Shown: positions 1 through 29,972 of the stretch, piece after piece | Layout: each line of letters opens with the position of its first letter | How positions within the stretch are numbered: the stretch's first letter is position 1 | DNA from: Ascidiella aspersa | Lineage: Eukaryota | Direction of reading: 5' to 3' | DNA: 64,000 nucleotides | Assembly: GCA_963924565.1 (NCBI GenBank) | Contig: OZ004609.1 | Coordinates: forward strand, 9,238,001-9,302,000 | Made by a program: the position numbers and the translations under genes | The notes under the pieces: generated by a model | Seen by the model: the letters and a program-made list of their open reading frames with translations, nothing else | Databases searched by the model: none | What the model was told of the DNA's origin: nothing

Positions 1-355
1 TTCACGAATAGGTATACATCGGCGAAGTTTGAAATTTTAGTTCAACCATAAATTTTAGCAGAAATTGAATCTATTGTCATGCCTTCTTTGCTGCATAGTC
101 AGAAAAAGGAGGTCGAATTATTTGAGAATCGCAAGAAATTTAGGTTGCACACAGAAAGCAGCATAGAATAACAAGATCAATTCTGTCCAATAACTCCCCA
201 ACCAGAGCAAAAAATTTTGAAGTCTCTTCTGTTTGGTTCTAAACACGTGTGTTAAAATACTCTAACACTACCAGAAGCCCTTGGATACTTGTTTAAGCAC
301 CGTAGGTCCGCAAAACATAGCAAGACGCGCTCCAAAAAACGAAGCGCCCTCTAAC

Positions 356-16117
<15,762 letters not shown>

Positions 16118-16435
16118 GTCAACTGAAATAAATATAATTATTATAGTTAGTGTGCATATTAAATCGAAAAATGTATGGTAAATTAAAAGCTTGGTACTGT
16201 AAAAGATGATGAGGATATTAAATACATTGAAAAACACATGACATTAATCATATTTTTAGAATTACAATTATTGGCTGGGTTAAATAAACAATTATATATA
16301 ATCAAAGTTGATTTACAGAAAATATGTCCTGCAAACAACTCATCAGATTAATTATAGCAAAACGACAGGCATTTGTATAAAAAGGTGTCTACCTGTTGAG
16401 TGTTGATTAAGACAAGCTCCTATAGCGTTCTTTTT

Positions 16436-16638
16436 GGCGCTGGTCTAGAATCCTACCACAGTTCTAAAATCAACGCACAAAATTTGAGTTAGGTTGCGGG
16501 TTAGCGTTTGGGTGTGGGTGGGTCAAGTATTATTATATTCTTGATTTAATAATAATACTTGACCCACCTTAACCCAAACGCTAACCCGCACCCTAACCCA
16601 AATGGTGTTTCGTTGTGGTAGGATTCTAGACCAGCGCC
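16436..16638. mobile_element. MITE with GGCGC termini (same family as 15802-15988)
   Basis: TIR GGCGCTGGTCTAGAATCCTACCACA; perfect 8-bp TSD TTCTTTTT. Confidence 0.9.
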
Positions 16639-16743
16639 TTCTTTTTAATTATGATAACGAAAAATGTAAAATTTAATGGTACTTATAATTAAATAAATAT
16701 AAGCGTTTAAATATAAATGCCTAAAAGTAGTAATATAACTCAC

Positions 16744-16860
16744 CAAGAACGGCGAACCAGAACGTATCTTCCAACTTTACTTTTTTTTTGTTTATTGTTT
16801 TGTAAAGCCAAGAAAGATATTTCTGATCTTGGCCTTCCAAAATGTCTACGCACTTTTACA
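16744..16860 (-). other. Probable non-coding 5' exon of the PTP gene
   Basis: Strong donor G|GTGAGT starting at 16743, upstream of the ATG exon (acceptor at 16123-16125); no in-frame ATG; 5' limit uncertain. Confidence 0.4.
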
Positions 16861-17453
16861 CCCAAATAGCCGCGCAGTAATGTCAACCTTAAAATATTTA
16901 TATGCTAAATAATGCCATACATTACTAAAATTTTCCTTCTTTTTTCAATAAAATTACGTTTATTAGCTGGCATTGCTTTAAACTAATTGAATAATTTTGT
17001 AAAACCAACTGTTTATGAGATCAACACTCAACATGATGTGTTAAAGTAGGAAATCTAGACTAGGATAAAATTACCACGGTCTGTCGATTGCGGTTAAACA
17101 TCCGGTGTCCTAAGAATTGGGCTTGTCAACTTGCCATTCTCATACGTGTACTAGTCCTAAGTAAATAATTGTTTTGCAGGAAAAGCGCTAAGAAATTGTT
17201 TATTTTTTAGGCCGAAATGTGCCAATAATAAAGATTTCTTATTGAATAGCAGTATCGCAAAACGTTTTAGGTTTGCACAAAGTCATAACAATTTTTTGTC
17301 TTAAAATGAGACAATCGTAGTATATTAAACAAAACTTTGTGTTTATTCCGATATGTAGTACAGAAATTTTAAGGTGAAAAGATGATTTCTTTTCAAAATA
17401 AAAGTCAAATATCGGGCATTATGTACTATAATATTCGCTTATCACGTTATCAC

Positions 17454-18074
17454 TAGGGCGATTATTTTTTGACCTAAAAAATGAAAAACTGTGACATTAC
17501 AATTGAAAATTTTAACAAATTTTGACCTAAAAATTTTTTTTTTTTGACAAAGCTTTGACCTATTAAAAACAAGCGTCGTCAACCACACGTTTTGAAAATG
17601 TTGTGTAAACAGTTGAAATAGGCCTACAACGTAAAAATAATTTCAAAAAATTAACAAGGATCGAAATAGGAAATGGGATAATTGCAAATCACAAGCGAAA
17701 AATACAGCAAATACTGTTCGAAACATTTGTCCAAATCAGAGAGATAAACAAGTATAATGCAAAAACAAAGTTCTAGAAAAGCCTAATGCGATAAACTAGG
17801 GCTGTGTGTGGGTGGTTAATACTGCAAGCTCGCGTATACCGCATATTGCTATAATGAAGACTTGATACAGTTAAAATGTCGTTAAATATAACTCAAAACA
17901 AAGTTCTCTTGCTAACATTTTAAAAGAACGATAGTTTCCACAAGCTGGCTAGAGTTTTTTTTAATTTTGTAAACGGTCTATGTGCATTTTTTATCGATTT
18001 TGACAAATCTTGACCTAACGTGTAATTTAACCAAATTTTGACTTTTTTTGAAAGGTCAAAAAAATATCGCCCTA
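17454..18074. mobile_element. hAT-like non-autonomous element
   Basis: Ends TAGGGCGATTATTTTTTGACC...GGTCAAAAAATATCGCCCTA; homologous (inverted) to 39679-40409; TSD not clean. Confidence 0.75.
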
Positions 18075-20119
18075 TATTTATCACCTATGTGTGAGGCACA
18101 GAAATACGCTTTCCAGTGGTCCCATGGATTGCCGGTGGCCGTCTACACGAATTAGGATACCTAAGTCCGTATCCGGCGTAGAAAATTAAGTCAAGTCCCG
18201 AGTCCGGCTTCGAAATCTGTTTAGTAACCCCCGTAATCAAACTAAAGTGTTAGATATCATTCCTCCGTGTGCGAGTCTCAGGGTTTGCATACCGTGCTTA
18301 TTTGTAAGATTTGTGCTTATTTTCGGTTGTAGTGTCTTATAAAATATTAATGTGCTTATTTTTGAATAGGCTAATATTTTCTTCGTTTAACGACCATCAA
18401 GTTAATAAAGCTCAACAAAAGGTATTATGGCCTACCTGGCCCACAAACTTTAATCCTGACAATTATCCGATGGCCAGGTCTTACAATTATCTGGCCTTTT
18501 GTGGTGTTCAGATTATTTGTTTTCAAATGCCCCCCGAAAAAAAAAATCCTGGATGCACACCGAGTGATCGGTAGAGTCTTAGCAGGTGGTAACTCTGGCT
18601 ATTCCACCTTTAAAAATGACAGCGTCTGTGCAAGTGCATGTCGGAAATTAGAACTAGTAGCCCCACTACAGAAAAATAAAAGAGTCCCGAATCCGACTTT
18701 GCAGCTGTGATTCCAGGAGTGAAAGCTAAAAAGGCATCACGAAAGTTGTTTGAAATTTTCAGCTTGTTAACACAACACTTTCACAAGAAAAGCAAGGAAT
18801 TAAAATTTCTCTGACGATAATATACAGGACAGAAAATTAAAAACAAAAAAGCAAAAGAACAAAAACCTCTCGGTACGCGACAAACAATAAAGGAAAGCGG
18901 AACAGTGACAAACACAGAAATTGCAGCAGTTAAACACTTTCACAAGAACAGCAGCTTCACACGTTGATTAGACTTATAAGGGGCAGCACTTGACTATACT
19001 GTCATTACTTTCAAAAGCAAACGCTTACTAGTTAACACGACAAATTTACATATTCCCCATAGTTTTTTATGGTAATTCAAGTCGGATAGCGGTTAGCGGC
19101 TATTTTTCTGTTGATAACAAGAACAAACACTGATGGAAAAGGAGCAGGCAAACGCAGCACGTTACTACAGTATAAGGGTCAGGGTATTTGAATTAGGGTC
19201 GGGTTTAGAACAGTGGTTCTTAAACTTAGGTGCGTGGAGCTCTATCGATTCGCGCAGTATCTTTTTTGTATACATTGACTGATAATTAATTCATAAATGC
19301 AAAAGAGTTACTTAGCGTACATTAAAAGTTATTTCTAGGCTATGGATTGAATAAGTTGTTATCAAAGCCTTGTGACTTTTTTTAAACACTGATTGGCTGA
19401 AATTCTCTGCACATTTGTGAGACATATTCAATAGCTGTACTGTTTTACAGCGAGCAAGGTAAACCAAAAATAAAACAATATATGTAGCATATTAAATCGT
19501 CATTTACTTTAAAATAATACAGAAACAAATTGCAGTTTTGTTAACAGTACAATATAATCGACAAAGTGTGGCTTTTTCTCACTAGGCTACTTCGTCTGTT
19601 ACAGTAACCTAGCAATAACAAACTTAAGGTAATCCGGAACTATAAATCAATGTGGTTTTCAAATAAGATTGTGACGCACAACGGCGTTTGCTACGTCACT
19701 AAACATTCTAGAAAGTTCAATAGATACAACGACCGCTGGATGGTAAGCAGGTCAAAAGTAGGCTTTTAAAGTCTTCAAACGAACTTTTTCTGTTTAAAAA
19801 GTAGCGGGTACTAATTTAGGTAAAGTCATGTTAACGAAGAAGAAGGTAATTTTTACCTCTGATTGCATTATTCCGCTATATTATGGTGAAATGATTTTAA
19901 GCTACGGCAAAGCAAAATAATAAAAAAAGGATTGGTAAAAGTAAAATTGTTGGTAATTTTGCGTGATATATTCAACCATGATTTAAAAAAATTCATAACA
20001 AGTAAGAGCCTGGTTGTTAGTGGATTAATTAGGCTGGCAAAGGTTCTCAGGAATCGCCAATGAAAACATCTGAAAAAAGAACTAAGAAGAAACTAGTTAC
20101 AACCCAAGGCATGACATCC

Positions 20120-20330
20120 TTGGATAGAAAAAGCGTTCGACGTCGTGTGGGGCGGCAAGATCCTAGGGTTGTGGGTTCGATCCTTCTGCTAGCTGTGGGT
20201 TTAGATCACTGAATCATTTCGTTTCACTTGCTCGACGAATTTCTGAGCGCCCGGAATGGATTCCCGTTCGAGGACACCTAGAGCATTGTCCAACTCGTAT
20301 TGCAGGGACTCCTGACAAAAACACAAGGGG
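20120..20330 (+). mobile_element. Possible tRNA-derived SINE fragment (duplicate at about 27069-27279)
   Basis: GC-richer island with Pol III B-box GGTTCGATCC at 20174-20183; A-box poor; no cloverleaf. Confidence 0.4.
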
Positions 20331-20737
20331 GTTTAGGTAAACTTGACACATCGAAAAATGTTAGGTTAGTTTATAAATCTTTAAAAAGGACAAAACGCCA
20401 AAGGTTAATGTAAAAGTTGAACATGAGAAAAAAGCTTAAAACTTTTCAGACGGGCGCAATTCGATTTTTGATGCCAACCACTGGCTTTAAATAGATAACA
20501 ACCACTAAAAGACTTTAGTGGACAGCCACATCGGATAGCGTTACTGGTATAACATTCTTAAAAAAAGGTAAAAAAATATACCTTCTCAAAAAGATATAAA
20601 AAAGTTTCCAAAAAACCTTGTGTTAAAGCAAAATGCTATACACTGAAAAACATATAAAATAACTTTTAAAAAAAGAGGTTTTAACATTTATCATTGCATT
20701 GAGTCTAAATTAATCCGAGCATTCCTTAACGAACTAA

Positions 20738-21060
20738 TCGACAAACTTTAAGGGACAACGCAACACACTTAAAAAGACGGGAAATGACCAGTTTGATTGT
20801 GGTGAAACAGATTTACCAGCTGGAGTTAAAATAAAGTTTGTTTAACACTGTGTATATGAACCAGCCACTGATTTTTGTGTTTCAGCTGACACCATTGCTA
20901 GTCGACAAACTTTAAGCGACAACGCAACACACTAAAAAAGACGGGAAATGACTATTTTGATTGTGGTGAAACAGATTTACCAGCTACAGTTAAAATAAAG
21001 TTTGTTTAACACTGTGTATGGACCAGCCAATGATTTTTGTGTTTCAGCTGACACCATTGC
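20738..21060. repeat. Tandem repeat, about 164 bp x 2 (again at 27687-28009)
   Basis: Units start TCGACAAACTTTAAG at 20738 and 20902; few substitutions. Confidence 0.9.
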
Positions 21061-23023
21061 ATTAAATTAAAACTAACATAATTCTTCAAATGGCCCTGGT
21101 ATCACATCTTCAGCATATAAAGGCCTATCTACTTTTAAGACTTTTTTCTCTCCTTTTACTTGGTTTTAATTTAACAGCTTTTGTTTTGAGTTTTATAGTT
21201 TTTGTTTTACTTGTTTTTTGATACTAATTATGCATGTCCCTGCAATTGAAATGTGCTTAACATTTTCAAGTTTGATCATTCCAATGAGGCGATTTTTAGA
21301 CACAACAAAACAGTTAAGTCAAAAGTTAACTTTTAGGGCAAAATAGGTCATTACTAAGGCCAAAAAATAACCGCCCTTGTTTTTAGCGTTAAATCGGGCA
21401 TGGCATATTTTTCGCATCCCATATACTGTGCAAGGTTTTGCAGTTTTGAGCGAAAGTCAATGTTAAAAAACCCAACAGATGTTGTTTACAGTACAAAACG
21501 GTGTCGTACATAGATTTCAATCTGTTTTGCCATGGCAACCGGCAAGCGTCATTCTATCAGCCTTTCGGCACGGGACATGTGCGTGCCGTTTGTAGACATT
21601 GGCAAATTGCGAGATCAATCTGTTGGCGCCAAAGCGATATTCTGGTTAAATAAAAACGATCTGAAATTCAGTAAACGCGCCTTTCATATTTTAAGGTTTA
21701 GCAATAAAAAAAGAATCCTGGCAATTGGGCACGACATAAACGTTACAGGATCAGCTTTAAAATGCTAGGCCTAAATTGGAGTCCAATTTTGGGGTGGAAA
21801 TACCGAACTTTGAGGGTGGAAATTTGTAAAAGTGTGGTTATTTCCACCTTTTAACTGATGTTGAAAAAATCGAACAACCTCAGTGATAGAATTTACCATG
21901 CTCCGTGTTTTGTTCAAGCCCACCAAAGGATGAAAATTAACATGTTTTAATTTTCTTTTCCGTAAAATGCATTTTTTAAGAACAGCATATAAGGTATAAG
22001 GTAAATTACCCAAATCCTTCCTTTCTCTTCAAAAACACAAAATGTAATAACAATAAATCAGGTGACGTTGATTGTGCCGTCGCAATGTATACACTTAAAC
22101 ATAATACGTGTTTAAAGTGTACGTTAATTTTACACCGAAATCAAGGGCCTGCTTGCATCATTGATCGTCAGATTCAGTGAGTCTGCGATGGCTTTCGGTG
22201 TACTATTTATACGCAAGCCGTAATCGTTGGCCAAAAAGCAGCTTCAGAAGGGCTAGATCACAGTTGTAAACACACATATGTGTGTGCATGCTTCATTGTA
22301 TTAATTTGGTTGTTACTGCCTTACTATTACTGGACACATTACTTTGTTTGGTACCTTATTAAAACGAATTTTGTCTGGGTACCTATAGGCAAAAAACGTC
22401 ACTATACGTATAAAGCGACGAATCACCGCCGACGTAAAACACGACTAGCAACAAACCTGTTACAGGATTTGGTGGGTCAAAAGACGTTAGTTCGATACGT
22501 AATGCAATTACTATCAACAACAAGCAGACTATACGACGCAACTTCGTATTGTCAAAACGATTTGCGCCTCTCACGCGGTAATTACTAATCGTAGGGAAAA
22601 CGTGGTGAGCATCAATAATGCATTACTCTTGCGCTTCGATTTTTGAGTCTGCTTCGTAACCCGATCGAAATCACACGCGTGGACAAACGACGGGACGATT
22701 GTATTGGTAATTAGAAAAGTCCGTTAATTTCAAATCGGGGAGAATATCCCGCTACCAAGTTATGGTACTGACAAATTTGGCCTAATACCTTGATTGCCTA
22801 AAGTTTCGGATATCGGTATCGGAATATAATAGAAGTTTCGTTAACCATAATTGGTAATTAAAAACTTAGGATCTTCAACGGGATATGTTTAAAAATGATA
22901 AAGGATGGCGTTTTGATAAGCTGCAAAAAACAGGACAGCCCCGATTGTTTAAATGCTCTTATTAAAAACATTAGTAAGAAAAAAAGCATATTGCTACGTC
23001 GGTCGTATCTCTCCAATACATAC

Positions 23024-23136
23024 CTGAAGTGATGGCGAGCCGTACACGGCGTTGTAGGTCGACCTTCTGTCAGCCCGCAAGCATAACTGAGGATGGCGAG
23101 AAATCTCGTTGGCCAACTCGACGGCAACTGTTAAAG
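23024..23136 (-). CDS. Duplicate copy of the sixth identified coding exon of the enoyl-CoA hydratase gene
   Basis: Matches 29973-30085 with intact cag/gtatgt sites; lies in the first copy of the 6,949-bp duplication. Confidence 0.7.
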
Positions 23137-26100
23137 CTGCGAAAAAATATATAAACGTTTTCTGTGTGTTCTTGTTCAATATTAATTATCACGAATGACG
23201 GGTAAGATCGAAAAGAAAAGGGAAATCTGTCAGGTTCGGTTTGATCATTTCAATGTTCGGAGAAGAATTAAAAGAGCTTCAAAAATTAATTTATGTTTCA
23301 AAATAAATTTGCAATGTTTGCAGCACCTTTGATTCTTGTTGGTGTCACACTTTTCTATCAAAAATATCCCATTATCTAAGCGAAAAACGTGAAGCGACCG
23401 GCGGAGTCCTAAAATCGCAAAAACCTAAAATTGGTTTCGGATTACAAAAAGACATAACCCCAAATTAGGACGCAAAATTTTAGGCCGTATTCGTGGCATA
23501 TACAATTTCGAATGTGGTTATTACGAGTGAGCGGGACCATGCTAAACAGGGCACTTCCTGAGGCTATTTAGAAATGAACAAATTAGAAAAATCAGAAAAA
23601 GTTGGGGAAAAAATGAAAAATGAAATAATACCAACATCAACCCAAACGCTGGCCTGACCCTAACCCAAATCAATATATAATCGTTGCATACCCGAGCGAT
23701 CCGGAAAACTATAGCCACTTTATATAAATCAAACATATTCCAATTGACACATGTTTATCGTAGAAACCATTTGGCATTTTAAAGAAAAAACAGTTTTCTA
23801 CAAAAGGAAAAATGATTTGTTAAAATAAGGAAGTGAAGTTGTTTTCAAAAGAATGGAGGTAGTTGTTTAACGCCTCTTGAATTGCTATTTAAAATTTTTT
23901 TAACGACGCGTGAAGTTAGTAAATATAGCACCCACCAGCTATCAAAGCTTTATCGTAAAAACTTTTAGGTATTTCGAAAAGCAGACGTTTTGTCGAAAAT
24001 TTAAAGTGGTTTTATTGTTACTCCTGGACATTTTGCGCCCACCGTGGTTCAATATGTTCATTTTAAAAGATTTCACTACTGTGAAATTCTGTTCATGACG
24101 AAGAACGACAGAAATTTAATGGCAATTTATGTTACTAGAAAACGCACTACTTAAACAACTCCGGTGTAGTAAACAGGGTTTTAAGTTCGCGCAGTTGCGC
24201 AAATCCTTTCTTTACTTTTCACCCGCAAATATACTGGCGTAATTAGAATTTCATCAAAATATCAAAACAAAGCAGTTATATATATCCGAAGCAATTCCTG
24301 CAGTTTAATTGACATTCAGACGAGTTTAGTTACAAAGAACAATACCTTCAGATAAATTTAGCAACCGAACAGCAATAGAGGGTAAGCTCGTTTTCAAGGC
24401 AAAATCGAACAAATTACGTTTCTTTTGAAAATCACAAATTGCTTTCAGAAAAAAACAATCCCCACGTTGCGTTGCAACGTTATTGTGCAATTTAACATGG
24501 GCGTACGTCACAATAAGGGTATGCGCAAACGTCACAATGAAGTGCTGCATTGTTTTTTCTGACGTGAGGCCGTGTGACTAAATATCGAACAGTTAAAAAA
24601 TCACTGCGTCAAAATTACGTTTCTCTACATAAGTCTTTGCCATCATGCAGATGACTATTTAGAAACAAAACGGACCTCATTCAAATACTATACACGAATA
24701 AATTCTAAAGTGCCATGTCCATTAGGGTTGTTCAAAAAAACACTTTTTTGTCAAATTTCAGTGGGGACCCCCTGGAATTGTTAGGTTGCGTCTGAAAACC
24801 CCACAAACCAAATCTGAGCACGTTTGGTTCAGTATTGACTGTGCTACGTCAATTTGAAAATCCAGATTTGGGCTAAAATTTTGAAAAAAATTTATTGTCC
24901 TACCCCTAAAAAAAAATTTTTTCTTCTTTTTTTGCATTGCTTTGCAATTGAATAGCCATAAATTATCCTGTTTTGCAGTAAAAAAGTGAGTAGTCATGGT
25001 ACAAATGTCACATTTCAACAACATTTGTTGACTGTTTTGTACAAAAAATGGCTTTTTAGCACATTTTTTAAACTTTAGATAAGTAATTGATATAATTGAA
25101 TTAGGATACCTAAGTCCGTATCCGGCGTAGAAAATTAAGTCAAGTCCCGAGTCCGGCTTCGAAATCTGTTTAGTAACCCCCGTAATCAAACTAAAGTGTT
25201 AGATATCATTCCTCCGTGTGCGAGTCTCAGGGTTTGCATACCGTGCTTATTTGTAAGATTTGTGCTTATTTTCGGTTGTAGTGTCTTATAAAATATTAAT
25301 GTGCTTATTTTTGAATAGGCTAATATTTTCTTCGTTTAACGACCATCAAGTTAATAAAGCTCAACAAAAGGTATTATGGCCTACCTGGCCCACAAACTTT
25401 AATCCTGACAATTATCCGATGGCCAGGTCTTACAATTATCTGGCCTTTTGTGGTGTTCAGATTATTTGTTTTCAAATGCCCCCCGAAAAAAAAAATCCTG
25501 GATGCACACCGAGTGATCGGTAGAGTCTTAGCAGGTGGTAACCCTGGCTATTCCACCTTTAAAAATGACAGCGTCTGTGCAAGTGCATGTCGGAAATTAG
25601 AACTAGTAGCCCCACTACAGAAAAATAAAAGAGTCCCGAATCCGACTTTGCAGCTGTGATTCCAGGAGTGAAAGCTAAAAAGGCATCACGAAAGTTGTTT
25701 GAAATTTTCAGCTTGTTAACACAACACTTTCACAAGAAAAGCAAGGAATTAAAATTTCTCTGACGATAATATACAGGACAGAAAATTAAAAACAAAAAAG
25801 CAAAAGAACAAAAACCTCTCGGTACGCGACAAACAATAAAGGAAAGCGGAACAGTGACAAACACAGAAATTGCAGCAGTTAAACACTTTCACAAGAACAG
25901 CAGCTTCACACGTTGATTAGACTTATAAGGGGCAGCACTTGACTATACTGTCATTACTTTCAAAAGCAAACGCTTACTAGTTAACACGACAAATTTACAT
26001 ATTCCCCATAGTTTTTTATGGTAATTCAAGTCGGATAGCGGTTAGCGGCTATTTTTCTGTTGATAACAAGAACAAACACTGATGGAAAAGGAGCAGGCAA

Positions 26101-29100
26101 ACGCAGCACGTTACTACAGTATAAGGGTCAGGGTATTTGAATTAGGGTCGGGTTTAGAACAGTGGTTCTTAAACTTAGGTGCGTGGAGCTCTATCGATTC
26201 GCGCAGTATCTTTTTTGTATACATTGACTGATAATTAATTCATAAATGCAAAAGAGTTACTTAGCGTACATTAAAAGTTATTTCTAGGCTATGGATTGAA
26301 TAAGTTGTTATCAAAGCCTTGTGACTTTTTTTAAACACTGATTGGCTGAAATTCTCTGCACATTTGTGAGACATATTCAATAGCTGTACTGTTTTACAGC
26401 GAGCAAGGTAAACCAAAAATAAAACAATATATGTAGCATATTAAATCGTCATTTACTTTAAAATAATACAGAAACAAATTGCAGTTTTGTTAACAGTACA
26501 ATATAATCGACAAAGTGTGGCTTTTTCTCACTAGGCTACTTCGTCTGTTACAGTAACCTAGCAATAACAAACTTAAGGTAATCCGGAACTATAAATCAAT
26601 GTGGTTTTCAAATAAGATTGTGACGCACAACGGCGTTTGCTACGTCACTAAACATTCTAGAAAGTTCAATAGATACAACGACCGCTGGATGGTAAGCAGG
26701 TCAAAAGTAGGCTTTTAAAGTCTTCAAACGAACTTTTTCTGTTTAAAAAGTAGCGGGTACTAATTTAGGTAAAGTCATGTTAACGAAGAAGAAGGTAATT
26801 TTTACCTCTGATTGCATTATTCCGCTATATTATGGTGAAATGATTTTAAGCTACGGCAAAGCAAAATAATAAAAAAAGGATTGGTAAAAGTAAAATTGTT
26901 GGTAATTTTGCGTGATATATTCAACCATGATTTAAAAAAATTCATAACAAGTAAGAGCCTGGTTGTTAGTGGATTAATTAGGCTGGCAAAGGTTCTCAGG
27001 AATCGCCAATGAAAACATCTGAAAAAAGAACTAAGAAGAAACTAGTTACAACCCAAGGCATGACATCCTTGGATAGAAAAAGCGTTCGACGTCGTGTGGG
27101 GCGGCAAGATCCTAGGGTTGTGGGTTCGATCCTTCTGCTAGCTGTGGGTTTAGATCACTGAATCATTTCGTTTCACTTGCTCGACGAATTTCTGAGCGCC
27201 CGGAATGGATTCCCGTTCGAGGACACCTAGAGCATTGTCCAACTCGTATTGCAGGGACTCCTGACAAAAACACAAGGGGGTTTAGGTAAACTTGACACAT
27301 CGAAAAATGTTAGGTTAGTTTATAAATCTTTAAAAAGGACAAAACGCCAAAGGTTAATGTAAAAGTTGAACATGAGAAAAAAGCTTAAAACTTTTCAGAC
27401 GGGCGCAATTCGATTTTTGATGCCAACCACTGGCTTTAAATAGATAACAACCACTAAAAGACTTTAGTGGACAGCCACATCGGATAGCGTTACTGGTATA
27501 ACATTCTTAAAAAAAGGTAAAAAAATATACCTTCTCAAAAAGATATAAAAAAGTTTCCAAAAAACCTTGTGTTAAAGCAAAATGCTATACACTGAAAAAC
27601 ATATAAAATAACTTTTAAAAAAAGAGGTTTTAACATTTATCATTGCATTGAGTCTAAATTAATCCGAGCATTCCTTAACGAACTAATCGACAAACTTTAA
27701 GGGACAACGCAACACACTTAAAAAGACGGGAAATGACCAGTTTGATTGTGGTGAAACAGATTTACCAGCTGGAGTTAAAATAAAGTTTGTTTAACACTGT
27801 GTATATGAACCAGCCACTGATTTTTGTGTTTCAGCTGACACCATTGCTAGTCGACAAACTTTAAGCGACAACGCAACACACTAAAAAAGACGGGAAATGA
27901 CTATTTTGATTGTGGTGAAACAGATTTACCAGCTACAGTTAAAATAAAGTTTGTTTAACACTGTGTATGGACCAGCCAATGATTTTTGTGTTTCAGCTGA
28001 CACCATTGCATTAAATTAAAACTAACATAATTCTTCAAATGGCCCTGGTATCACATCTTCAGCATATAAAGGCCTATCTACTTTTAAGACTTTTTTCTCT
28101 CCTTTTACTTGGTTTTAATTTAACAGCTTTTGTTTTGAGTTTTATAGTTTTTGTTTTACTTGTTTTTTGATACTAATTATGCATGTCCCTGCAATTGAAA
28201 TGTGCTTAACATTTTCAAGTTTGATCATTCCAATGAGGCGATTTTTAGACACAACAAAACAGTTAAGTCAAAAGTTAACTTTTAGGGCAAAATAGGTCAT
28301 TACTAAGGCCAAAAAATAACCGCCCTTGTTTTTAGCGTTAAATCGGGCATGGCATATTTTTCGCATCCCATATACTGTGCAAGGTTTTGCAGTTTTGAGC
28401 GAAAGTCAATGTTAAAAAACCCAACAGATGTTGTTTACAGTACAAAACGGTGTCGTACATAGATTTCAATCTGTTTTGCCATGGCAACCGGCAAGCGTCA
28501 TTCTATCAGCCTTTCGGCACGGGACATGTGCGTGCCGTTTGTAGACATTGGCAAATTGCGAGATCAATCTGTTGGCGCCAAAGCGATATTCTGGTTAAAT
28601 AAAAACGATCTGAAATTCAGTAAACGCGCCTTTCATATTTTAAGGTTTAGCAATAAAAAAAGAATCCTGGCAATTGGGCACGACATAAACGTTACAGGAT
28701 CAGCTTTAAAATGCTAGGCCTAAATTGGAGTCCAATTTTGGGGTGGAAATACCGAACTTTGAGGGTGGAAATTTGTAAAAGTGTGGTTATTTCCACCTTT
28801 TAACTGATGTTGAAAAAATCGAACAACCTCAGTGATAGAATTTACCATGCTCCGTGTTTTGTTCAAGCCCACCAAAGGATGAAAATTAACATGTTTTAAT
28901 TTTCTTTTCCGTAAAATGCATTTTTTAAGAACAGCATATAAGGTATAAGGTAAATTACCCAAATCCTTCCTTTCTCTTCAAAAACACAAAATGTAATAAC
29001 AATAAATCAGGTGACGTTGATTGTGCCGTCGCAATGTATACACTTAAACATAATACGTGTTTAAAGTGTACGTTAATTTTACACCGAAATCAAGGGCCTG

Positions 29101-29972
29101 CTTGCATCATTGATCGTCAGATTCAGTGAGTCTGCGATGGCTTTCGGTGTACTATTTATACGCAAGCCGTAATCGTTGGCCAAAAAGCAGCTTCAGAAGG
29201 GCTAGATCACAGTTGTAAACACACATATGTGTGTGCATGCTTCATTGTATTAATTTGGTTGTTACTGCCTTACTATTACTGGACACATTACTTTGTTTGG
29301 TACCTTATTAAAACGAATTTTGTCTGGGTACCTATAGGCAAAAAACGTCACTATACGTATAAAGCGACGAATCACCGCCGACGTAAAACACGACTAGCAA
29401 CAAACCTGTTACAGGATTTGGTGGGTCAAAAGACGTTAGTTCGATACGTAATGCAATTACTATCAACAACAAGCAGACTATACGACGCAACTTCGTATTG
29501 TCAAAACGATTTGCGCCTCTCACGCGGTAATTACTAATCGTAGGGAAAACGTGGTGAGCATCAATAATGCATTACTCTTGCGCTTCGATTTTTGAGTCTG
29601 CTTCGTAACCCGATCGAAATCACACGCGTGGACAAACGACGGGACGATTGTATTGGTAATTAGAAAAGTCCGTTAATTTCAAATCGGGGAGAATATCCCG
29701 CTACCAAGTTATGGTACTGACAAATTTGGCCTAATACCTTGATTGCCTAAAGTTTCGGATATCGGTATCGGAATATAATAGAAGTTTCGTTAACCATAAT
29801 TGGTAATTAAAAACTTAGGATCTTCAACGGGATATGTTTAAAAATGATAAAGGATGGCGTTTTGATAAGCTGCAAAAAACAGGACAGCCCCGATTGTTTA
29901 AATGCTCTTATTAAAAACATTAGTAAGAAAAAAAGCATATTGCTACGTCGGTCGTATCTCTCCAATACATAC

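Noticed and set aside
18255-18300. HDV-like loop CAT-TCCTCCGT-GTG
   Set aside because: No upstream P1 partner found.
20120-20200. tRNA gene (also about 37030-37100)
   Set aside because: B-box only; no cloverleaf or terminator.
22383-22574. ORF with GANRF as the terminal enoyl-CoA hydratase exon
   Set aside because: No suitable phase-0 acceptor, and the surrounding residues do not match the family tail.
24758-25189. 143-aa ORF across the duplication junction
   Set aside because: Mostly MITE sequence read through by chance; no domain signal.
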